From assembly GCA_040400605.1 (NCBI GenBank), contig JBBAPZ010000025.1, positions 5,382 through 29,965 on the forward strand: 24,584 nucleotides of DNA. The letters are read 5' to 3'. The notes beneath the pieces were generated by a model, which was not told the origin of the DNA, made no database searches, and was given only the letters and a program-made list of their open reading frames with translations. Position numbers and translations under genes: made by a program. This DNA is from Candidatus Sericytochromatia bacterium. GTDB taxonomy: Bacteria; Cyanobacteriota; Sericytochromatia; S15B-MN24; JAQBPE01. This document shows, piece after piece, positions 17,450 to 24,584 of the stretch. Position 1 is the first letter of the stretch. Each line of letters starts with the position of its first letter.

Positions 17450-18435
17450 GTGGACACCCCTTGCGGCAACCCCGCCGGTTACGACGAACGGCTGTCCTGC
17501 GTGAATTGGTGCGTGAAACCACCTTGCAGGCCTCTGACTTGGTTATGCCCATCTTTCTGGTACCCGGACAGTTCCAGCGGCGTCCGATCGGTAGCATGCC
17601 AGGCATTTGTCAAATGAGTGCGGATGTTGCTGCATCGGCAGTGCGTGAATGGTGGGATCTTGGCATCCGGGCGGTGATCCTGTTTGGATTGCCGCCTTTC
17701 AAGGATGCCCACGGTAGTGGCGCTGACGATCCGGAGGGTGTGGTACAACAGGCGATTCCCGTCCTGAAGGCTGCTGCGCCGCAGATGCTTGTCATCGCTG
17801 ATGTGTGTCTGTGTGAATACACCGACCATGGTCATTGCGGCCTGATTGAGGGCGAAACGGTGCTCAATGCGCCGACTGTGGAGAGGCTCGCTGCGAGTGC
17901 AGTATCTTATGCGCGGGCAGGGGCGGATATGGTTGCGCCATCGGATATGATGGATGGTCGCGTGGGTGCCATTCGGCGATCGCTGGATGAGGCGGGCTTT
18001 GACCACGTGCCAATCATGAGTTACGCGGTGAAGTACGCGTCGGCGTTTTATGGGCCGTTTCGGGAGGCAGCGGAGTCGGCGCCCAGTTTTGGCGATCGCA
18101 AAACCTACCAGATGGACCCGGCCAATGCGCGTGAAGCCTTCATCGAAGCCGCACTCGATGAGGCGGAGGGCGCTGACATCTTGATGGTCAAACCAGCCCT
18201 GCCCTATCTGGACATTCTCGCACGCCTGCGCGAGCGGACCGCTTTGCCACTCGCGGCCTATCACGTGTCAGGCGAGTACGCCATGATTAAAGCTGCGGCA
18301 GCCCATGGTTGGGTGGATGAAGCCCGCATCGTGCTGGAGAGCCTGACGGCCATTCGACGTGCCGGAGCAGACCTCATCATCACGTATTGTGCGGTTGATG
18401 CAGCACGTTATTTGCGTGAAAGTGCCGGCACCTAG
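17446..18435 (+). CDS. hemB: Porphobilinogen synthase, Zn-binding type
   Basis: Motifs RRLRR, DVCLCEYTDHGHCG, PSDMMDGR, SAFYGPFREAA, MVKPA and YHVSGEY. The ATG overlaps the glmS stop (ATGA). Confidence 0.97.
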   Translation: MSGHPLRQPRRLRRTAVLRELVRETTLQASDLVMPIFLVPGQFQRRPIGSMPGICQMSADVAASAVREWWDLGIRAVILFGLPPFKDAHGSGADDPEGVVQQAIPVLKAAAPQMLVIADVCLCEYTDHGHCGLIEGETVLNAPTVERLAASAVSYARAGADMVAPSDMMDGRVGAIRRSLDEAGFDHVPIMSYAVKYASAFYGPFREAAESAPSFGDRKTYQMDPANAREAFIEAALDEAEGADILMVKPALPYLDILARLRERTALPLAAYHVSGEYAMIKAAAAHGWVDEARIVLESLTAIRRAGADLIITYCAVDAARYLRESAGT

Positions 18436-18822
18436 CGACTTCCATCGCCATTGGCCCGAACAGGGCCATTGTCAGTCCCAGCCATCAGATTAGTCGGTTG
18501 TGAGTGACACGTCCTCTGTGGGCCCGTTTCCGCCAATTGTTATTCAACTGCGGCAGGAGGTTCCCATAAGGCCGCTCGATGGCCCACGGTTACCGCAATA
18601 ACTCCTTCGTTTCATCGATTGTTCATGGAATGTTTGTCCTAATCCTTCGGCTAGTGACAGTCGTACTTGGCGACGCGGGCATTGTGGTGTAACCAAGGTA
18701 GGGCTGCTTGATCGCCGACTCTTCCCGTTCCACTCTCGAAGCGTGGTTCCGATCGTTGCAGGCGCGGGTATAATTGCAATAGTCACCAGGTCGTGACGCA
18801 TCGCAATGGAGCGAGATGGAAT

Positions 18823-19800
18823 GTGATACAACTGCGAAGTGAGCCCCAAGCCAGTTTTGAGACGCCTCTAACCTTTTTGTGGCGGCACGCCCTGCATGCG
18901 CTGCGGCACGCGGTGCCCGTACACCTTGACCCATCGCCGCGCTTGCTCAATCCATCAGCGAACGCGGATCACACCGTGCGGCGCGTGCAGATTCCGCTGG
19001 GTAACGGTTTTATGCCGGGTCATTTGTTCGTGCCGCGTCACGATGCCAAGGGGGCGAGTGTCTGTTTGGTGCATGGCACATCCGCCGAGCAGACCCTGTC
19101 TTATTACATGTGGATTCGCGCATTGCTGCGAGCGGGTTTTCAGGTTTTAACCTTTGAGATGGATGGGCATGGTGACAATCGGCGCCCGTTGCGTGTGCCG
19201 GATGTGGAAGCGAACGTGCCGGCGGCTTTGCAGTTTTTGCGATCGCAACCCGGCGTCAACCCGGCGCGTTTGGGTTTGTTGGGCGTGAGTTTGGGTGGTG
19301 CCTGCGCGTTGAATGCATTACCGGCAGAAACGGGCATCAAGGCAGTGGTCGCCGTTTCGGTTCCTGCGCAGGTGGAATTGGGTGAATGGGAACGACTGCA
19401 GGAATTGGTGGGACTGTTTAACCCTGAGAACTGTCAAACTTTTTTGGATGCGACACCGGGGCCTTTGTTACGCTTTGTGACCGTGCCTGTACGCATTGCG
19501 CAAGGTCTTGATGCACTGATTGAAGAAGTGGATTTGTTGCATCCCAAAACCGCGCATCATATTGACGCAATTGTCCGACACCTGGATCCTTACGGGCATG
19601 CAGCGCGCAGCGACGTTCCCGTGATGGTGATTAATGGCGACTGGGATAACATCACGCCACTTTGGCAAGCGCAAATGCTTTATGAGCAAATTTCGGCCCC
19701 GAAGTCCTTGTTGTTGGTTCCGCGCCGCAATCATTTCACGATCATGATTAGCCCCCAGGCCGTTGATGGCATGGTGCAGTGGTTTCGCCGCTGGCTGTGA
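18823..19800 (+). CDS. Alpha/beta fold hydrolase
   Basis: LVHG, DGHG, nucleophile elbow GVSLGG, acid in GDWD, His in RNHF. Start uncertain (GTG at 18793 or 18823). TATAAT at 18769-18774. Confidence 0.88.
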   Translation: MIQLRSEPQASFETPLTFLWRHALHALRHAVPVHLDPSPRLLNPSANADHTVRRVQIPLGNGFMPGHLFVPRHDAKGASVCLVHGTSAEQTLSYYMWIRALLRAGFQVLTFEMDGHGDNRRPLRVPDVEANVPAALQFLRSQPGVNPARLGLLGVSLGGACALNALPAETGIKAVVAVSVPAQVELGEWERLQELVGLFNPENCQTFLDATPGPLLRFVTVPVRIAQGLDALIEEVDLLHPKTAHHIDAIVRHLDPYGHAARSDVPVMVINGDWDNITPLWQAQMLYEQISAPKSLLLVPRRNHFTIMISPQAVDGMVQWFRRWL

Positions 19801-20004
19801 TGCCGGTTTGGCGTACCGTGCGTCTTTTTGAATCGGTCAAACTGCACGGAAAACAGTGACAGGTGTGTCCGATGGGTCGCTGACGCTGCGTATGTTAGCG
19901 TGTCGTCATCCCAGACACAGGGTCTGGTGACACGGGTGGGTTTTGGCCAAACGTGCACTGGCTGCGCGGGTCTGAGCCCCGGTAATGAACAGGAGGACGA
20001 CTTG

Positions 20005-20874
20005 ATGCGCTACATCGATTCAACCATTTATGCTTCGCGGCGTTCGGCGCCAGAATTGGAACAGATGGCCCTGGCCGGGATCACGGGTGTGATTGAGCCC
20101 ATGGCGCCGCAGGGTTATGTGCGCCGTCATGCCGAGAGTTTTTTTGAAGATGCGGAACGCTTGTTGGAAAACGATGCGCAACGTGTGAACCGTTATGGTA
20201 TTGGCTATGGCGTCTGTATCGGTTTGCCCGCCTATGAGGCGTCCAATTTTGTTTTGTGTCAGCAGATACTTGAACACATGGGCAAGTTGTTGCAGCACGA
20301 ACGGGTGGTGGCACTTGGTGAGATTGGGCTTGCGTATTTGTCGAATGCGGAGGAGACGCTATTCAGGCATCAATTGCAGTTGGCCAAGCAGCATCAACTG
20401 CCGGTTGTGGTGGCATTGCCAACGCACAATCGGCGGGAGGTGGCAGCGCGCACGATAACGGTCTTGCAGGAAGAGAATTTTGCCCCGAGTGCGGTGTTGG
20501 TTAACGGCGTGACGGAAGAGACGTGGGCTTACGTCCGCGATTATGGCGCGTGGATTGGCTTGACGCTGGATGCGCAGACCCATCTGTCGCTGGAACGTGC
20601 CAAACAATTGATTGAGCACGGTCAATTGCAGGGGGTATTGATCAACAGTGCTGCCGGACGTTTGATGGGTGATCCCCTGGCGGTTGCCCGCTTTGCGCGA
20701 TACCTGCATCTGAATGGTTACACGAAAAACCAAATCGAGGAGATGGTGTACCACAATCCCAAATGGTTCTATTCCCAACGCCGTGCCTTGCCCTTGATGG
20801 ATTACCAACAAACCCAGACCAACCAGACTGTTTACCGTCATCCCACGATGGCAGGTGCTGGCGCGCAATACTGA
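20005..20874 (+). CDS. TatD-related protein (EboB-like) with degenerate metal site
   Basis: MALAGITGVIEP, VVALGEIG, FRHQLQLAK, DPLAV and YHNP resemble EboB-type TatD proteins as I recall them. AGGAGG precedes TTG at 20002 / ATG at 20005. Confidence 0.82.
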   Translation: MRYIDSTIYASRRSAPELEQMALAGITGVIEPMAPQGYVRRHAESFFEDAERLLENDAQRVNRYGIGYGVCIGLPAYEASNFVLCQQILEHMGKLLQHERVVALGEIGLAYLSNAEETLFRHQLQLAKQHQLPVVVALPTHNRREVAARTITVLQEENFAPSAVLVNGVTEETWAYVRDYGAWIGLTLDAQTHLSLERAKQLIEHGQLQGVLINSAAGRLMGDPLAVARFARYLHLNGYTKNQIEEMVYHNPKWFYSQRRALPLMDYQQTQTNQTVYRHPTMAGAGAQY

Positions 20875-20910
20875 TTGCCGACGGACAAAGCGTCGACGTT
20901 TTAGGCAAGA

Positions 20911-20941
20911 ATGGGGGCCGCCTGCTACAGGTGGCCCCTAT
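20911..20941 (+). terminator. GC-rich hairpin after the TatD-like gene
   Basis: ATGGGGGCCGCCTG-CTA-CAGGTGGCCCCTAT forms a 14-bp stem with two G-U pairs. No clear U-tract. Confidence 0.5.
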
Positions 20942-21304
20942 GCGCGTCGCAGGTACCCTTTGATGACCAAACTTTTCTGTACGGTGACGCATCGGTTTTT
21001 GTTCAAAACTCGAGCAGAAAGACGATAACGTCAGGGAATGATTTGCTGTTTTTGAGCAGCAGCCACAATTTAGTCACCAGTCAACCCGTTTCTGTGTAGT
21101 AGCTGTTATGAGTGTTCGATTGCCCAATGTTGGCCCTTGACCCACCAAGCCGATACCATCAACTGAAACGCTCAATTCATCAGCCAAAAAAGTTTAGTGT
21201 AAATTTTAAGCATGATTTTCGATAACATCACGATAAGTACTCAACCGATTCGACGATGAGAATCCGGTTATCGATAGACGCCGTTGTGTTTCGAGGAAGA
21301 GCCA

Positions 21305-22867
21305 ATGAAAGTCCCCCGATCCCTTGTTGCTCGACTGCTGTGCTTGGCCATGACGGCTGCTGTGTTACCGATGGCGGCCTGTGCCCGTGGGGTGGTGCCG
21401 GATGTGTCTGCCCGGACGGGGGTAGATAATGTGAGCGTTGCGGGGCGGGCCAAGGATTTGGATGCCTGGCGCGATGACATCATTTACTTTGTGATGACGG
21501 ATCGCTTTGCCAATGGCGATACGCGCAACGATATCAACGTCGACAAGCGCAACCCGTACGCTTATCACGGGGGTGATCTCAAAGGGTTGATGCAGAAGAT
21601 TCCCTATATCAAGGATTTGGGAGCGACAGCGATCTGGCTCACGCCGGTAAATGATAACCGGGACGAAGTGTTCGTCGATAAGTATTGGGGTTTTCACGGT
21701 TATTGGATCAAGCAGTTCGATCGGGTAGATGAGCACCTGGGTGATGAAGAAACCTTCAAGGAATTTGTGCGCCAAGCCCATGCAAACGGTTTGAAAGTGA
21801 TTTTGGACATGGTGGTCAACCACGTGGGCTATGATGTGCCGATGACCAAGAACGCGCAACTGAAGGATTGGTTCCACAACAAGGGTGATGTCAAGAACTG
21901 GGATGATCAGTATCAACTGGAATACCATGACGTGCAGGGGTTGCCGGACATGAACACGGAGAATCCCGCTGTCATCAAATTTTTGGAAGATGAGTGGTCC
22001 AAGTGGGTGACCCGCACGGGTATTGATGGCTTCCGCATGGACACGGTCAAACATGTGCCCATTCCGTTTTGGGCGCAGTTCAATCAAACGATGCGACGTC
22101 GCGCCAAATCGGATTTTCTGCTTTTGGGAGAGGTTCTGCACGGCAGCGTGGATTATATGGCCCCTTATATCCGTCAAGGTCAGTTTGACAGCCTGTTTGA
22201 CTTCCCGATGTACTTCGCCATCGCGGATGTGTTCGGCCGTGGGCAATCGATGCGCAAGCTTGGTTCGATGTTGGCGCAAGATGACAAGTACAAGGATGCG
22301 ACCATGCTCTCGCCCTTTATTGACAACCATGATGTGCCGCGTTTCTTGAGCACCGCGGGTGGTGATGAACGCAAATTACGGTTGGCACTCACTTTCGTGA
22401 TGACGATGCGCGGCATACCGTCGGTTTATTACGGTACTGAGGTTGGAATATCCGGCGCGTCTGAAGCGGAGAACCGCATTGACATGCCCTTTGGCAAAAA
22501 TCCCAAGTTGACTGAGTTTACCCGCACCTTGATGCATTTGCGCAAAAAGTTGGCACCCTTGCGTCGGGGACGCATGTTGGAGATGTGGCAAGATGACCAG
22601 ATTTATGCCTACACCCGTTTAATGGGTGGCGAGCGTGCTCGGCCCGTGGAAGAGGTAATCGTGGCCTTGAACAATGATGAGCAGGGGCAGACACGTGAAA
22701 TCGGCTTGCGTGCGGAAAGCAATATGGCTGAAGGCACCGTGTTGGTGGATCAACTGTCTGGCGCGCGGGTGGTGGTACAGCATCGCAAATTACGCCTCAA
22801 TTTGGCGGGTAAGCAGGCCATGATTCTGGCCCCGACAGTGCCAGCCAAGCAGACGCGGCGCCGGTAG
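21305..22867 (+). CDS. GH13 alpha-amylase family glycosidase, probable lipoprotein
   Basis: Motifs TDRFANGD, HGGDLKG, HGYW, DMVVNH and catalytic DGFRMD / GEV / DNHD. Signal peptide with MAAC lipobox. ATG at 21305 after GAGGAAG. Confidence 0.95.
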   Translation: MKVPRSLVARLLCLAMTAAVLPMAACARGVVPDVSARTGVDNVSVAGRAKDLDAWRDDIIYFVMTDRFANGDTRNDINVDKRNPYAYHGGDLKGLMQKIPYIKDLGATAIWLTPVNDNRDEVFVDKYWGFHGYWIKQFDRVDEHLGDEETFKEFVRQAHANGLKVILDMVVNHVGYDVPMTKNAQLKDWFHNKGDVKNWDDQYQLEYHDVQGLPDMNTENPAVIKFLEDEWSKWVTRTGIDGFRMDTVKHVPIPFWAQFNQTMRRRAKSDFLLLGEVLHGSVDYMAPYIRQGQFDSLFDFPMYFAIADVFGRGQSMRKLGSMLAQDDKYKDATMLSPFIDNHDVPRFLSTAGGDERKLRLALTFVMTMRGIPSVYYGTEVGISGASEAENRIDMPFGKNPKLTEFTRTLMHLRKKLAPLRRGRMLEMWQDDQIYAYTRLMGGERARPVEEVIVALNNDEQGQTREIGLRAESNMAEGTVLVDQLSGARVVVQHRKLRLNLAGKQAMILAPTVPAKQTRRR

Positions 22868-22896
22868 CCTTGCGGGATCCGAGGTTGGTTGTAACC

Positions 22897-22905
22897 TGAT
22901 ATAAT
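22897..22905 (+). promoter_or_regulatory. Putative extended -10 promoter of ald
   Basis: TGaTATAAT is a perfect extended -10, about 75 nt before the start. Confidence 0.6.
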
Positions 22906-22980
22906 GACGGCGCGGGCGCGATGAGTGCGCCTTGCAATGGCCCCCTCGACGGGCACGTCGTCAAATAAGGAGATTCAACC

Positions 22981-24078
22981 GTGATCATCGGTGTTCCCTC
23001 TGAAGTCAAGGACAATGAGAACCGTGTGGCACTCACCCCTGCTGGAACGATGGCGCTCCGGCAAGCGGGTCACACCGTCCTGGTTCAAGCTGGTGCAGGT
23101 GCCGGCAGTGGAATGTGGGACGAAGAGTATATTGCTGCGGGTGCCGAGATGGTGGGTAGTGTCGCTGAGGTGTGGCAGCGCGCGGACATGATTGTGAAGG
23201 TGAAAGAGCCGATTGCGTCGGAATATGGTTATTTGCGTCGTGATTTGGTGTTGTTTACATATTTGCATTTGGCTGCATGTCGTGAGTTGACGGATGCGTT
23301 GGTTAAGAGTGGCATTACGGCGATCGCGTATGAAACGATTCAGTTGCCTGATCACTCGTTGCCCTTGTTGACCCCCATGAGTGAAATCGCAGGACGAATG
23401 GCGGTGCAGGCGGGGGCCTACTACCTGGAGAAGGCGCACGGTGGACGGGGTGTCTTGCTGGGTGGTGTGCCAGGTGTGCCGCCGGCGGATGTCGTGATCA
23501 TCGGGGGTGGTGTCAGTGGTACACATGCTGCCAAGATGGCGTTGGGCTTGGGGGCACAGGTGCAGATCCTCGACATCAACCTGGATCGTCTGCGCTATCT
23601 CGAAGATGTGTTGCACGGTCGGGTAATCACGCAGATGTCGAGTCCGATGAACATTGCGCGAGCGGTGAAGGGTGCGGATCTCGTCATCGGTGCCGTCTTG
23701 ATTCCCGGTGCCAAGGCACCTTGCCTGGTTACGCGCGAGATGATTCAAACAATGAAAAAGGGGTCTGTCGTCGTGGATATTGCGATCGATCAAGGTGGTT
23801 GCATCGAAACCATCAAGACCACGACGCACTCCGATCCGGTGTTTGATGTGGGTGGCGTGATCCACTACGGTGTGGCAAACATCCCCGGCGCTGTGCCTCG
23901 AACCAGCACCTTTGCGCTCAACAATGCCACCTTGCCTTATATGTTGCAACTCGCCAACAAAGGTGCAGACCGGGCCATGGCTGAGAATCGCGCGCTGGCT
24001 TTGGGGCTGAATGTCAGACACGGTGAAATCACCCATGACGCGGTTAAGGCAGCCTTTGCCGAACCGACTGCCGTTTAG
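22981..24078 (+). CDS. ald: Alanine dehydrogenase
   Basis: Motifs [49 protein letters not shown] and [20 protein letters not shown] Shine-Dalgarno. Confidence 0.98.
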   Translation: MIIGVPSEVKDNENRVALTPAGTMALRQAGHTVLVQAGAGAGSGMWDEEYIAAGAEMVGSVAEVWQRADMIVKVKEPIASEYGYLRRDLVLFTYLHLAACRELTDALVKSGITAIAYETIQLPDHSLPLLTPMSEIAGRMAVQAGAYYLEKAHGGRGVLLGGVPGVPPADVVIIGGGVSGTHAAKMALGLGAQVQILDINLDRLRYLEDVLHGRVITQMSSPMNIARAVKGADLVIGAVLIPGAKAPCLVTREMIQTMKKGSVVVDIAIDQGGCIETIKTTTHSDPVFDVGGVIHYGVANIPGAVPRTSTFALNNATLPYMLQLANKGADRAMAENRALALGLNVRHGEITHDAVKAAFAEPTAV

Positions 24079-24087
24079 TGTATGGTC

Positions 24088-24120
24088 TGGCCCCGCAAAC
24101 GTGCGGGGCCATTTATTTTT
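24088..24120 (+). terminator. Intrinsic terminator of ald
   Basis: TGGCCCCGCA-AACG-TGCGGGGCCA followed by TTTATTTTT. Confidence 0.9.
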
Positions 24121-24154
24121 ATCATCCTTCCCGAATGACAGGGGGTAAGTGTTT

Positions 24155-24584
24155 GTGCCACGCATTGTAAACTTTGGCGTCGTGCTTGCTGTGTTAACCA
24201 CTTATGGCCAACCCGTCCTCGCAGAGCAAGCGACTTTGCGAACCCTCGGCTCACGTTTGATTGCCGCGACCGTTTACCCGGATCGCGTGAGTTTGCATCG
24301 GGAAACGCGTCAACACTTACCCGCAGGACGTCATACCGTGGTGATTGAAAAACTCCCGATCCAGATGTTGCCCGACTCTTTGCGGGTCGGTGGACGGGGC
24401 GATGCCACGTGGACCTTGCTTGGTTTCGATTCCAGAATTCGTCAAGGTGGTGGCGCGCGGGTGGAAGAAGTCGCGGCACTGGAGGCCAAGTTGGCTGCAT
24501 TGGCTGTGCGTGAACGGGATATCCGCGACGACCTGACCACGCACCAAACACAACTGGATATGCTCACCCAAACCGCTCAGAGCG
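24155..24584 (+). CDS. DUF4140/DUF4139 (MuiA-family) secreted protein, 5' part, runs off the window
   Basis: Absent from the ORF track because it has no stop in the window. Translates as a signal peptide ending PVLA-E, then ATVYPDRVSLHR..LPAGRHTVVIEKLP..PDSLRV and a coiled coil. AGGGGG upstream; alternative GTG at 24149. Confidence 0.8.
   Translation, partial: MPRIVNFGVVLAVLTTYGQPVLAEQATLRTLGSRLIAATVYPDRVSLHRETRQHLPAGRHTVVIEKLPIQMLPDSLRVGGRGDATWTLLGFDSRIRQGGGARVEEVAALEAKLAALAVRERDIRDDLTTHQTQLDMLTQTAQS

Larger units (their letters stand above)
373..23327. repeat. Dispersed HIP1-type octamer GCGATCGC (13 copies)
   Basis: Copies start at 373, 1901, 8383, 10417, 11962, 12612, 13109, 16757, 17255, 17976, 18092, 19239 and 23320 (counted by eye). 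Confidence 0.7.

Noticed and set aside
21140..21240. Sigma28-like promoter words (GCCGATAC, TAAA...TCGATAA) upstream of the amylase
   Set aside because: Spacing and sequence do not fit TAAA-N15-GCCGATAA well enough to call.
12623..24078. Alanine-themed cluster (alaS and ald)
   Set aside because: The genes are about 8 kb apart on opposite strands with unrelated genes between them, so co-location is likely coincidental.
22975..24201. Long antisense ORFs (408 aa opposite ald, 321 aa opposite the amylase, 261 aa opposite hemB, and others)
   Set aside because: These are shadow ORFs expected opposite GC-rich genes, with no motifs or Shine-Dalgarno support.
1..24584. CRISPR array, IS element, prophage or defence system
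   Set aside because: No regularly spaced repeats, terminal inverted repeats with a transposase, or recognisable phage or defence proteins.

Overview
Bacterial chromosomal core region, visibly GC-rich. I found no transposase, integrase, phage gene or CRISPR array. Left to right: tRNA-Arg(ACG) and tRNA-Ser(GCT) on the minus strand, a UPF0173-type MBL-fold hydrolase, a probable 6S RNA, an LMW protein-tyrosine phosphatase, an orphan protein, ppa, a lipoprotein subtilase, spoVS, a minus-strand LACTB2-like MBL / NUDIX / UgtP-MGDG-synthase-like operon, a second orphan, an acyl-CoA thioesterase, a stand-alone amino-acid-binding protein coupled to alaS, glmS-hemB, an alpha/beta hydrolase, an EboB/TatD-like protein lacking its metal ligands, a lipoprotein GH13 amylase, ald, and the start of a DUF4140/MuiA-type protein. 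Most notable signals: (1) 13 copies of the cyanobacterial HIP1 octamer GCGATCGC, in all three frames, in a region with no photosynthesis genes; (2) an apparently catalytically dead EboB-like TatD; (3) two orphan helical proteins sharing an export-signal-like N-terminus; (4) a switch-like repeat with hammerhead-core-like words downstream of ppa; (5) a three-way-junction leader before ald. A non-photosynthetic relative of Cyanobacteria (e.g. Sericytochromatia) is my guess at the host, but this is inference only. No complete novel multi-gene system can be proven from the sequence alone.
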